From: an uncultured Fibrobacteraceae bacterium
GTDB taxonomy: Bacteria; Krumholzibacteriota; Krumholzibacteriia; LZORAL124-64-63
Reading direction: 5' to 3'
Assembly (NCBI GenBank): GCA_964461255.1
Contig: CAYWTR010000006.1
Location: forward strand, 17,287 to 81,286
Length of the DNA: 64,000 nucleotides
In this document: positions 46,431 through 54,988 of the stretch, in pieces
Layout of the letters: each line of letters starts with the position of its first letter
Numbering within the stretch: position 1 is the first letter of the stretch
Notes under the pieces: generated by a model
Databases searched by the model: none
What the model was told of the DNA's origin: nothing
Seen by the model: the letters and a program-made list of their open reading frames with translations, nothing else
Made by a program: the position numbers and the translations under genes

Positions 46431-46473
46431 GCCCGCGTCGCCTCGGCGGGACCGCCGGCGGCGGCCGGCCCGC

Positions 46474-48696
46474 TCAACGCGAGCGACCGCCGCGGTCGCC
46501 GCCGCGTCCGCCGCGTCCGCCGCGTCCGCCGCGATCGCCGCGATCGCCGCGGTCGCCCCGGTCGCCGCGGTAGCCGCCTCCCTCTCGCGGCGGCGGGGGC
46601 TCGTACCCTTCCGGCACTGGCAGCAGCGCCTTGCGGCTGAGCCGCACCTTGCCGGTCCGGCCGTCGATCTCGACCAGCTTGACGTCCAGCTCCTCGCCCA
46701 GCTGCAGCACGTCCTCGACGTTGCCGACCCGGAAGTGCTCCAGCTCGCTGATGTGCAGCAGCCCCTCCTTGCCCGGCAGGTACTCGACGAAGGCGCCGAA
46801 CTCGACGATCGACTTGACCACGCCGTGGTAGACCTTGCCGACCTCCGGCTCGGTCATCATGCCCTGGATGACCTCCAGCGCCGCCTGGCCGCTGGCCTGG
46901 TCGATGGACGAAATGTACACGGTGCCGGCGTCGTCGACCTCGATCGTGGCGCCGGTCTCCTCCTGGATCCGCTTGATGATCTTGCCGCCGGGGCCGATCA
47001 GCTCGCCGATCTTCTTCACGGGAATGCTGATGGATACGATCTTGGGCGCCCACGGGCTGAGCTCCGTCCGCGGCGCCGGCAGCGCCTCCTCCATGACGTC
47101 CAGGATGTGGTTGCGCGCCGCCTTGGCCTCGGCCAGCGCCTGGTTCATCACGGCGCGGCTGATGCCGCCGATCTTGGTGTCGAGTTGGAAGGCGGTGATG
47201 CCCTCGCGCGTGCCGGCCACCTTGAAGTCCATGTCGCCCAGATGGTCCTCGACGCCGAGGATGTCGGTCAGCACGGCGATGCGGTCGCCTTCCTTCACCA
47301 GCCCCATCGCCACGCCCGCCACGGGCCGCTTGATCGGCGCGCCGGCGTCCATCAGCGACAGGCAGCCGGCGCAGACGGTCGCCATCGAGCTGGAGCCGTT
47401 GGACTCAAGGATGTCCGAGACGATCCGGATCGTGTAGGGGAACTCCTCCACCGCCGGCAGCACCGGCTTGAGCGCCCGCTCCGCCAGCTTCCCGTGCCCG
47501 ATCTCGCGGCGACCTTGACCGCTGTAGCGGCCGACCTCGCCCACCGAGAAGGGCGGAAAGTTGTAGTGCAGGTAGTACTTGTTCCAGAACTCGGTCTCCA
47601 GGCTCTCGATCTTCTGCTCGTCCATCTTGGTGCCGAGCGTCGTCGAGCCGAGCGCCTGCGTCTCGCCGCGGGTGAACAGAACCGAACCGTGCGCGCGCGG
47701 CAGCACGCCCAGGTCGATGGTGATCGGCCGCACGGTGGTCAGGTCGCGACCGTCCGCCCGCCGTCCCTGATCCAGGATCATCGCACGCAGGTACTTCTTC
47801 TCCAGCTTCTCGAACATGGCCACGGCGTCGCCGCGAGGTTTGCCCGCCTCGTCGGTCCATTTCTCGGCCACGCGCGCGTGCAGGGCGGCGACCGCGTCCT
47901 GGCGCTCCAACTTGCCCGGCAGGGCGATCGCGGTCTTGAGCTCGGCGCCCACCAGCGCCTCGACCTCTGCCAGCAGCGCCTCGTCGACCACGGGCGCCGC
48001 CACCTGGAACTTGGGCTTCTGGCCCGCCTTGGCCACCAGCTCGCGCTGCAGGGCGTTGAGCTTGCGGATCCACCCGTGGGCGAAGTCCAGCGCGTCCAGC
48101 AGCCGCCCCTCGCTGACCTCGCGGCATTCGCCCTCGATCATGACGATGATTTCATCGGTGCCGGCCACCACCAGGTCGAGTGTCGAACCCTCGATCTGCT
48201 CGAAGGTCGGGTTGCAGACGAACTCGCCCTCAATCTCGGCCACGCGCACCCCCGAGACGTAATCCCGGAAAGGTATGTCGGACAGGTTCAGCGCCGCCGA
48301 CGCCGCCGTGATGCTCAGCACGTCGGCGTGGAAATCGGTGTCGGCGCTGACGATGAACGCCACCAGATCGGTGGGGTAGCGGTAGCCCTCCGGGAACAGG
48401 GGGCGCAGGGGGCGGTCGATCAGGCGGGCGCTCAGCACCTCGCGCTCGCTCGGCTTGCCCTCGCGCTTGAAGAACCCGCCCGGGATCTTGCCCGCGGCGT
48501 AGGTCTTGTTCCGGTACTCGACGAACAGGGGCAGGAAGTCCTTTTCCGTCGGCCTCTTGTCGGCGACCGCGCAGACCAGCGCCATGCTGTCGCCCATACG
48601 CACCACGACCGCGCCGTTGGCCTGTCGCGCCATTCTCCCCGTCTCCAGGGAAAAGGCCACGCCGTTGATCGTCAGCGAAACCGTCTGCATGCTCAT
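46474..48696 (-). CDS. pnp: polyribonucleotide nucleotidyltransferase (PNPase) with RG/GDR-rich C-terminal tail
   Basis: Two RNase PH domains, KH (...KIGELIGPGGKIIKRIQEETG...), S1 (...GKVYHGVVKSIVEFGAFVEY...). 35-aa tail GYRGDRGDRGDRGDRGGRGGRGGRGGDRGGRSR. Confidence 0.95.
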   Translation of the reverse strand: MSMQTVSLTINGVAFSLETGRMARQANGAVVVRMGDSMALVCAVADKRPTEKDFLPLFVEYRNKTYAAGKIPGGFFKREGKPSEREVLSARLIDRPLRPLFPEGYRYPTDLVAFIVSADTDFHADVLSITAASAALNLSDIPFRDYVSGVRVAEIEGEFVCNPTFEQIEGSTLDLVVAGTDEIIVMIEGECREVSEGRLLDALDFAHGWIRKLNALQRELVAKAGQKPKFQVAAPVVDEALLAEVEALVGAELKTAIALPGKLERQDAVAALHARVAEKWTDEAGKPRGDAVAMFEKLEKKYLRAMILDQGRRADGRDLTTVRPITIDLGVLPRAHGSVLFTRGETQALGSTTLGTKMDEQKIESLETEFWNKYYLHYNFPPFSVGEVGRYSGQGRREIGHGKLAERALKPVLPAVEEFPYTIRIVSDILESNGSSSMATVCAGCLSLMDAGAPIKRPVAGVAMGLVKEGDRIAVLTDILGVEDHLGDMDFKVAGTREGITAFQLDTKIGGISRAVMNQALAEAKAARNHILDVMEEALPAPRTELSPWAPKIVSISIPVKKIGELIGPGGKIIKRIQEETGATIEVDDAGTVYISSIDQASGQAALEVIQGMMTEPEVGKVYHGVVKSIVEFGAFVEYLPGKEGLLHISELEHFRVGNVEDVLQLGEELDVKLVEIDGRTGKVRLSRKALLPVPEGYEPPPPREGGGYRGDRGDRGDRGDRGGRGGRGGRGGDRGGRSR
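46486..46578 (-). repeat. tandem 9-bp (3-codon) direct repeats encoding the PNPase GDR/GGR tail
   Basis: ...cgccgcgtccgccgcgtccgccgcgtccgccgcgatcgccgcgatcgccgcggtcgcc... visible as near-identical 9-mers. Complement encodes (G-D/G-R)n. Confidence 0.7.
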
Positions 48697-48862
48697 TTCT
48701 CTCTCTTCCTTCCTTCCGCTTCAGCGTCGGACGTGGGGGGCGAAGCAAACGCCAGCAAAGCGCCGCCTCGCGGCGGGCGCAAAAGAACGCCGCCGCAGCC
48801 CGGCATCAGTACCGTCGCCCCGGTAAGGCACGATCCCCGCGGGGGTCTGCCGGCAGGTTGGT
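48697..48862 (-). promoter_or_regulatory. rpsO-pnp intergenic leader with GC hairpin (candidate RNase III / attenuator site) and strong pnp SD
   Basis: Minus-strand GGAAGGAAGGAAGAGAGAGAA immediately 5' of the pnp ATG. Inverted repeat gccgcc-tcgc-ggcggc within the leader. Arrangement is conserved in rpsO-pnp operons. Confidence 0.45.
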
Positions 48863-49132
48863 TCACCCCCGGATGCCGAGTTCTTTGATGAGCGCGCGAT
48901 AGCTGTCGAGATCCTTCTTCTTCAAGTAGTTCAGAAGGCGCTTGCGCTGCCCCACCATCTTGAGCAAACCCCGGCGGGAGTGATGGTCCTTGGCGTGGAC
49001 CTTGAAATGACTGGAGAGGCCCTTGATCCTCTCGGTCAGCAGAGCGATCTGCACCTCCGGCGACCCGGAGTCCGTTTCGTGTTTCCTGTGCTTGCTGATC
49101 ACCTGCTGCTTGACACTGCGGTCGAGCGCCAT
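48863..49132 (-). CDS. rpsO: 30S ribosomal protein S15
   Basis: 89 aa, [72 protein letters not shown]... is canonical S15. Confidence 0.95.
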   Translation of the reverse strand: MALDRSVKQQVISKHRKHETDSGSPEVQIALLTERIKGLSSHFKVHAKDHHSRRGLLKMVGQRKRLLNYLKKKDLDSYRALIKELGIRG

Positions 49133-49543
49133 CGTCGAGAACCTCCTTCGACGGTCACGATGGCCGCAGGCCCGACCCCTCGCTCTTCCGGCGGCGGCGA
49201 TGTTGCGGTTCGCGCCCCGGGCGAGGCCCGCCTTGGCGGGATGGAAGGACCCGCTGCGAATTCACGGCACCAGAAGGAGGCAGGACCGTGCTACGGCCCC
49301 GCCTCCCCGCGGGCCGGCAGGAATATAGACGATGCTGCCCGCGGCGGCAACCCGAAAAGGCAGGGCTGCCTGCCGGCGGAGCGGACGGCCGCGCGCCGTC
49401 GCGGTCCGGCGCCCGGCGCGGCCGCAACCTCATGGGAATTATCGTCCTGACGGCGACGGAATTGAGCCGTCAGCGTTCCCTGGACGTTCCCGGGGAAAGG
49501 GCCGCGGCGCTCGCGGGCCGCGGCCGGGACCTGCCGGGGGCGG

Positions 49544-50185
49544 TCAGCGCGGGGCGCCGGCCTGCGCGCCCAGGATGTCGCGCGAGTGCAGGTGATCCAG
49601 GATCGCCTGCACGCACTCTCCGGGCGAGAGCCTGTCGGTGTCCAGGACCAGTTCCGCCGCCAGCGGCTCCTCGTACGGGGCGCTGATGCCGGTGAATTCC
49701 GGAATCATCCCGGCGCGCGCCTTCTTGTAGAGCCCCTTGGGATCCCGGCGCTCGCATTCCTCCAGCGGGCAGCGGCAGTAGACCTCGATGAACTCGCCCT
49801 GCGCCATGATCGCACGGTTGCGGTCGCGATCGGCGCGGTAGGGCGAGATGAACGCGGTCAGGGCTAGCATGCCGGCATCGGCCATCAGCTTGGCGACCTC
49901 GCCGATGCGGCGGATGTTCTCCTCGCGGTCCTGGGGGCTGAAGCCCAGATCGCGGTTGAGGCCGTGCCGGATGTTGTCCCCGTCCAGCACATAGCAGTGG
50001 ACGCCGCCCGCGAACAGCGCCTTTTCAACCATCTGCGACAAGGTCGATTTCCCCGACCCGGACAGGCCCGTGAACCAGATCACGGCCCCCCGGTGGCGGT
50101 TGCGCGCCTCCCGGTCGGCCCTCTTGATGGGGGTCTCGGTCCAGGTGATGTTCTGGCTCTTGGGCGTATCGGCTTGCCTGGTCAT
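49544..50185 (-). CDS. cysC: adenylyl-sulfate (APS) kinase
   Basis: P-loop FTGLSGSGKSTL, ...YVLDGDNIRHGLNRDLGFS..., ...AFISPYRADRD... are APS kinase signatures. 213 aa. Confidence 0.85.
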   Translation of the reverse strand: MTRQADTPKSQNITWTETPIKRADREARNRHRGAVIWFTGLSGSGKSTLSQMVEKALFAGGVHCYVLDGDNIRHGLNRDLGFSPQDREENIRRIGEVAKLMADAGMLALTAFISPYRADRDRNRAIMAQGEFIEVYCRCPLEECERRDPKGLYKKARAGMIPEFTGISAPYEEPLAAELVLDTDRLSPGECVQAILDHLHSRDILGAQAGAPR

Positions 50186-50241
50186 GGGTCTTCTCCCTTT
50201 GAGCGGAAGGTGAAGGAAGTCCGCACTCCGCCGCGCTGCGC

Positions 50242-50478
50242 TTACAGATAGCCCAGGCGCCGAAGCTTCTCCTTGATGGTGTCCAGCTCGGTCCCCGCGA
50301 TCTGCGCCGGCGGCTCCGGTCCTGCCCCGGCGCGCGCCGCCGGGCCAAGGTACGCGATGTCGCGCAGGACAAACACGATGAATTCAGTCACGGAGCTGAA
50401 GCCTCCCCCCTCTATCAAACGTGCCAGATGGTCATATAGGTGCTTGGGGATCTTGATGGTGACGCGTGGTTGAGGCAT
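50242..50478 (-). CDS. ribbon-helix-helix (CopG/Arc/MetJ-like) DNA-binding protein
   Basis: 78 aa. N-terminal beta-strand plus two helices (PRVTIKIPKHLYDHLARLIEGGGFSSVTEFIVFVLRD) typical of RHH. AGGAG SD 7 nt upstream. Confidence 0.55.
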   Translation of the reverse strand: MPQPRVTIKIPKHLYDHLARLIEGGGFSSVTEFIVFVLRDIAYLGPAARAGAGPEPPAQIAGTELDTIKEKLRRLGYL

Positions 50479-50513
50479 GATCCGACTCCTGCGTTATACA
50501 GATCAGGCTCTTA

Positions 50514-50524
50514 TATGAGTCATA
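50514..50524. promoter_or_regulatory. perfect 11-bp palindrome TATGA-G-TCATA (candidate RHH autoregulatory operator) between the -10 element and the RHH start
   Basis: tatgagtcata reads identically on both strands. Located 36-46 nt upstream of the RHH start codon, immediately downstream of the predicted -10. Confidence 0.4.
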
Positions 50525-50528
50525 ATAG

Positions 50529-50557
50529 AGTATAATATTAGCCCAGACGCCCGTCAA
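50529..50557 (-). promoter_or_regulatory. near-consensus sigma70-type promoter (TTGACG-17-TATACT) for the RHH gene inside a ~110-bp AT-rich islet
   Basis: Minus-strand reading of 50479-50587 gives TTGACGggcgtctgggctaatatTATACT. The surrounding 110 bp are strikingly AT-rich relative to the genome. Confidence 0.5.
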
Positions 50558-50587
50558 TCCCTATTGTAGCGGGCAATCCGACTCGAT

Positions 50588-51280
50588 TCAGTGTTCGATG
50601 GCGGCTGCGGCGCGTGGCAGGGCATGTTCCCGGCGCCGCAACGGTTCGCCCGGCGCAGGGTCGGAGGAAGCGGCGACGCGCCCCGGCCCGACCTCGAGCG
50701 CCACCCGCCGGACGGTCGCCAGGATGGTGCGGATGTCGTTGCGAACGCTCGCGCGCGCCAGATCACGGCGATAGAGCGAGAGCTTGCGCGGCATGACATG
50801 CTCGAGGTAGTAGCGCTCGGGATCGTTGGCGCGCGCCAGCAGCTGCTCCTCGTTGCTGAACAGGAGGCTGGCCCGATGCGTGATGCCGGGACGCACCGTC
50901 AGGACCGGCGCGAATTGCTCGCGGAATTGCTCTACGTATTCGGGCACTTCGGGCCGCGGCCCCACCAGCGCCATGTCGCCCGCCAGGACGTTCAGCAGCT
51001 GCGGCAGCTCATCGAGCTTGTGGCGGCGCAGAAACGCCCCCACCGGCGTCACGCGGACATCCCCGCCGACCGTGAATCGCAGGCCGCGCGCCTCGGCATC
51101 CGCCACCATCGTGCGGAACTTGAATATCCGGAATCTCCGACCGTGCAGCCCCACCCTGACCTGACGGAAGAGCACCGGCCCGGGACTGGTCACTCTGATG
51201 GCGATCGCGATGGCGGCAAGCAGCGGCAGCAGGAACACCAGCCCTGAGCCGGCGCAGACGACGTCGAGAATCCTCCTCAA
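50588..51280 (-). CDS. bacterial sugar transferase (polyprenyl-phosphate hexose-1-phosphate transferase, PglC/WbaP C-terminal-domain type)
   Basis: Single N-terminal TM, then ...[26 protein letters not shown]... and ...[21 protein letters not shown]... (Bac_transf motifs). Confidence 0.8.
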   Translation of the reverse strand: MRRILDVVCAGSGLVFLLPLLAAIAIAIRVTSPGPVLFRQVRVGLHGRRFRIFKFRTMVADAEARGLRFTVGGDVRVTPVGAFLRRHKLDELPQLLNVLAGDMALVGPRPEVPEYVEQFREQFAPVLTVRPGITHRASLLFSNEEQLLARANDPERYYLEHVMPRKLSLYRRDLARASVRNDIRTILATVRRVALEVGPGRVAASSDPAPGEPLRRREHALPRAAAAIEH

Positions 51281-51495
51281 TGTGCGGCTCCTTCCCTGGT
51301 CGTGTCACGCCGACCGCGCCGCACGCAGCCTAGCAGAGATTCGCGCGCAGGCAACTCCTGATCCAGGCCGTCGGCAGCGGCACGTCGCGCGGCTGGCGCC
51401 CAAGAGCCAGCGTGCATAGCACGCCTCGTGCCAACGGAGCGCCGTCGGCGTGGTCGGCCGGTCCGCGCAGGCGTCGCGTCCCACTGCCCGCCGCG

Positions 51496-51536
51496 CTGAC
51501 AATCCGATTGTCAGGTCCAGCTTGGTCGGCCATAAT
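51496..51536 (+). promoter_or_regulatory. candidate wecB promoter (TTGTCA-17-CATAAT) with a 19-bp perfect palindrome CTGACAATC-C-GATTGTCAG overlapping the -35
   Basis: Palindrome at 51496-51514. -35 ttgtca at 51508-51513 and -10 cataat at 51531-51536, spaced 17 bp apart, ~135 nt upstream of the wecB TTG start. Lies in the divergent gap with the sugar-transferase gene. Confidence 0.4.
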
Positions 51537-51671
51537 GCGCCGGCCGCCGCCGGGACACCGCGGTTCAGGCGGCGCCGCGCAGCGAGCGCCGCCGGGAACC
51601 CCTGACGCGGCTCGGCGAGTACTCTCCGGCGTCCTGCGCGTCACGCGTCCGCGCGCTTCCGGGAGCTCCGC

Positions 51672-52790
51672 TTGCGACCGCTCATCGTTTTCGGCACCCG
51701 CCCCGAGGCCATCAAGCTGGCGCCCGTGGTCCTGGAGCTCCGCAAGCGCGCCGGACTCCAGCCGGTGGTCTGCGCCACCGCGCAGCACCGCCAGATGCTC
51801 GACCAGGTCCTGGATGTCTTCGCCGTCCGCCCGGACATCGACCTCGATCTGATGCGGCCCGATCAGGATCTCGCCGCGCTCACGGCCGCCGTCGCCACCG
51901 GCATCGACGGCGTGATCCGGGAAGTCCAGCCCGACGTGACGATCGTGCAGGGAGACACCACCACGGCGTTCGCGGCGGGGCTGGCGTCGTTCTATCGCCG
52001 GGTCCCCGTGGCCCACGTGGAGGCCGGCCTGCGCACCTACAGGCGGTACGCGCCCTTTCCCGAGGAGATCAACCGCCGCTGCCTCGCCTGCTTCGCCCAG
52101 TGGCACCTGGCGCCGACGGTCCGGGCGCGGCAGGCGCTGCTGGCGGAGAACATCCCCGACCGCGACATCCACGTGGTGGGCAACACCGTGATCGACGCCC
52201 TTCTGTGGGCGCTGGGGCCGGCGCGCGACCGCGGCTTCGCCTCGGCCCCGGAACTGGCCGGCCGCTTGCGGGAACGCCCCTTCGTGCTGATCACCGGCCA
52301 TCGGCGGGAGAATCTCGGCGGGGGGCTGCGCGGCATCTGCCAGGCAATCGCCGAACTCGCCGCTGCCTTCCCCGATTGGGATTGGGTGTACCCCGTCCAC
52401 CTCAATCCCCGCGTGCGCCAAGCCGTGCAGAAGGCGCTGGGCGAGCGCCCCAGCATCCATCTGCTCGCGCCCCAGGGCTACCTCGATTTCGTCTGGTTGA
52501 TGGACGCATCCAGGCTCATCCTGACCGACTCGGGGGGGGTGCAGGAAGAGGCCCCGACCCTGGGCAAGCCCGTGCTGGTGCTGCGCGAGGCCACCGAGCG
52601 CCCGGAAGCGGTCGCAGCGGGCGTGGCGGCGCTGGTCGGCACCGACCGCGCAGCCATCGTCGCCAAGACAACCGAGCTGCTGGCCGATCCCGCCGCCCGC
52701 CAGGCGATGACCAGGCCCCAGAACCCCTACGGCGACGGCACCAGCGCCCGCCGCATCGTCAACATCCTGACCCGGGACCTGGTGGGGTAG
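51672..52790 (+). CDS. wecB: UDP-N-acetylglucosamine 2-epimerase (non-hydrolysing)
   Basis: TTG start with GGGAG 7 nt upstream. ...VFGTRPEAIKLAPVV..., ...HVEAGLRTY..., ...TDSGGVQEEAPTLGKPVLVLR... are WecB/MnaA signatures. Confidence 0.85.
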   Translation: MRPLIVFGTRPEAIKLAPVVLELRKRAGLQPVVCATAQHRQMLDQVLDVFAVRPDIDLDLMRPDQDLAALTAAVATGIDGVIREVQPDVTIVQGDTTTAFAAGLASFYRRVPVAHVEAGLRTYRRYAPFPEEINRRCLACFAQWHLAPTVRARQALLAENIPDRDIHVVGNTVIDALLWALGPARDRGFASAPELAGRLRERPFVLITGHRRENLGGGLRGICQAIAELAAAFPDWDWVYPVHLNPRVRQAVQKALGERPSIHLLAPQGYLDFVWLMDASRLILTDSGGVQEEAPTLGKPVLVLREATERPEAVAAGVAALVGTDRAAIVAKTTELLADPAARQAMTRPQNPYGDGTSARRIVNILTRDLVG

Positions 52791-52955
52791 AGGGGGCGGA
52801 GAACGGGTTCCGCAGTGATCCTGCAGATTCGCCGCCCGGCGAGGCGACGCACCGGGATGGCTGGGGGGCACCTCTTGACAACCTGGTCTCCACAGGCGGC
52901 GAGAGTGAATACGCCTCAACATATTCCCAGCCGTTTTTCGGGAGCGGCCGATCTA

Positions 52956-53840
52956 GTGGCCGGCTCCCTTGCGCCCTCTGTGGCCTCGCGCCCTGACCGC
53001 CCTCGCAAGAGCCGCATAACAATTATCACCAACGGCAATTTCTTTTCCAGGTTGGCGCTGGATAGGCTGCTGCGACGCACGGTCGACCTGTACGAATACC
53101 AAATTATTGTGACCACTGGTTTGCGACGTCAACGTGGCAACCGGGCGCGCGAGGCGCTTGATCTTCTTCGTCGCTGGGGATATGCCTATTCGCTGTACAA
53201 GCTCGCAACCTATCTCTTGCCTGCGACCCTGGGGCTGCTCACCAGCCGCCCCGCCTTCCTCCCCTCCCTGTGCCGCCGCTACGGCCTCTCAGTCCACCGC
53301 GCGCGCAATGTGAACGCGGCGCGCGAAGCTGACCGGATACGCGGTTTCGCCCCGGATCTGCTCGTCTCCTTTTCTTGCCCATATCGGATCGGACCGTCGC
53401 TCCTCGCCGTGCCTGCTATCGGCAGCCTGAACGCCCACTCCTCACTCCTGCCAAAATACGCCGGTGTTTGCACTTACGTGCACGTACTCGCATGCGGAGA
53501 AAAAGTCACCGGCATCACCATCCACGAAATGGTTGATCAATTTGACGCCGGGCGCATCGTGGAGCAGGAATCCGTGCCGATTCCCCCACGGACATCCCTC
53601 TTCACCCTTTTTGCCCAGCAATGCCTGCAGGGCGGCGACCTGCTCGCCCGCGCTTTGAGCCGCTGCCTCGCTGCCGGCGCCATCGTCGGCCAAGCACAAG
53701 ACCCCGACGCACGCACCTATTTCGGGGAACCCACGCGCAACGATATCATCGCCCTGAAGAAGAACGGGCACTCCCTTTTTCGAGCCGGCGACGCGATCCA
53801 GCTCTGGCGGCTCTTGGCCTGGACGCGCCCCGCAAGTTAG
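52956..53840 (+). CDS. formyltransferase-family protein (Fmt/ArnA-N-like; probable sugar N-formyltransferase)
   Basis: Rossmann start ...RITIITNGNFF..., catalytic region ...SLNAHSSLLPKYAG...HVLACGEKVTGITIHEMVDQFDAGRIV... (formyl_trans_N HxSLLPxxxG motif). Start is uncertain: GTG 52956 chosen, alternative GTG 52980, and the listed ORF begins at 52815. Confidence 0.55.
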   Translation: MAGSLAPSVASRPDRPRKSRITIITNGNFFSRLALDRLLRRTVDLYEYQIIVTTGLRRQRGNRAREALDLLRRWGYAYSLYKLATYLLPATLGLLTSRPAFLPSLCRRYGLSVHRARNVNAAREADRIRGFAPDLLVSFSCPYRIGPSLLAVPAIGSLNAHSSLLPKYAGVCTYVHVLACGEKVTGITIHEMVDQFDAGRIVEQESVPIPPRTSLFTLFAQQCLQGGDLLARALSRCLAAGAIVGQAQDPDARTYFGEPTRNDIIALKKNGHSLFRAGDAIQLWRLLAWTRPAS

Positions 53841-54988
53841 TCGCGGCCAGCCAGCTCTTTATAGAGATCAAGATACCCCGCCAACATTCTTTCTTCGCGG
53901 TAGAATTGCGACCATCGTTCCTGCGCCGCGGCACCCAGGCGCGCTCGGCGATCGGCATCGGCCAAAAGCTCCGCCAGTGCCACCGCCAGACTCTCGGTAT
54001 CGCCGCGCGGCACGATGAGTGCCGTCGCCCCCATGTCCGTCGCCTCGAGGTTGCTGGCTATATCGGATGCCACGACGGCCCGACCGGCCGCCATCGCTTC
54101 GAGTAGAGCGATTGAGAGGCCTTCCCGCAACGAGGGCAGGGCAACAACATCGGCAATCGCCAGCAAGGCCCAGATATCGGACCGGAAACCCAGAAACAAA
54201 ACGCGCTGAGCGATGCCGAGCGCCGCTGCGCGCGCGCGCAGCCGTGCTGCCAGCGGCCCCTCGCCGGCCAAGATGAGCAGGGGCGCCCCCCCCCCCGCAA
54301 CGGTGCATTTGAGCTCGGCGCAAGCGTCCAGCAGCGACTCCAACCCCTTCTCCGGCGCGAGTCGTCCACTTGCCAAGATTACCGGTTGCCCTGGGTTCAG
54401 GTTCAATTCCGCACGCAGACTCGGGATCGTGACACGTGCAGTCGGCGGAGGCGGTGGAACACCATTGGGAATGGCGAGCACCTTTTGCGCATCGCCGATC
54501 CCAAGTTCGAGCGCCCATTTGCGGTGATGCTCACTGACGGTCACGACTCGGTCGCACCACCTTGCCGCAAGCCGCTCCAGCGAGCCGTATAATAGGATGT
54601 GTCGCCGCTCAGAGCCTTCATGGAAAGCAAAACCATGCACGGTGTGAACAACGTGGGGCACGGAGGCCAAGCGCGCGGCCAACCGACCCACGAACCCGGC
54701 CTTGGATGTGTGGGTATGAACCAGATCGTACTGCGCCGCGCGCAAATGCCGCACGAGTTGCTTCAGGCCAATCAGATCCCGTCCAGGTCGGATATCCCGC
54801 CAGATGCATTCAAGCCCGATATGGCGAACGCCACGGCTAGTCAGTGCCCGCTGGAACTCAAAACAGCTTGTTAGTACGCTCACGTCGTGGCCGCTCGCAG
54901 CCGAACGCCCTGCCAACGCAGAGATCACTTTCGAGCCACCGCCGAAAGCAGAGTCGCCGATGATGTGGCAAATCTTCACTGATGCCAA
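53837..54988 (-). CDS. glycosyltransferase family 4 (GT-B, group 1)
   Basis: N-terminal ...KICHIIGDSAFGGGSKV..., C-terminal E-x7-E-type region (...SLREGLSIALLEAMAAGRAVVASD...). Confidence 0.8.
   Translation of the reverse strand: MASVKICHIIGDSAFGGGSKVISALAGRSAASGHDVSVLTSCFEFQRALTSRGVRHIGLECIWRDIRPGRDLIGLKQLVRHLRAAQYDLVHTHTSKAGFVGRLAARLASVPHVVHTVHGFAFHEGSERRHILLYGSLERLAARWCDRVVTVSEHHRKWALELGIGDAQKVLAIPNGVPPPPPTARVTIPSLRAELNLNPGQPVILASGRLAPEKGLESLLDACAELKCTVAGGGAPLLILAGEGPLAARLRARAAALGIAQRVLFLGFRSDIWALLAIADVVALPSLREGLSIALLEAMAAGRAVVASDIASNLEATDMGATALIVPRGDTESLAVALAELLADADRRARLGAAAQERWSQFYREERMLAGYLDLYKELAGRD

Noticed and set aside
49133-49543. 411-bp gap between rpsO and cysC with small ORFs (92-156 aa) and a short hairpin (ctgacggc...gccgtcag near 49447-49480)
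   Set aside because: The ORFs are Arg/Pro/Gly-rich with no start context or motifs and are probably non-coding. The hairpin is plausibly the cysC terminator and the region is probably the rpsO promoter. No tRNA-like T-arm motif (GGTTCGAATCC-like) was seen.
50242-50478. Considered the RHH protein as an antitoxin of a toxin-antitoxin pair
   Set aside because: No small toxin ORF (RelE/ParE/PIN/HicA-like) is adjacent. The downstream gene is APS kinase, so a transcriptional-regulator role fits better.
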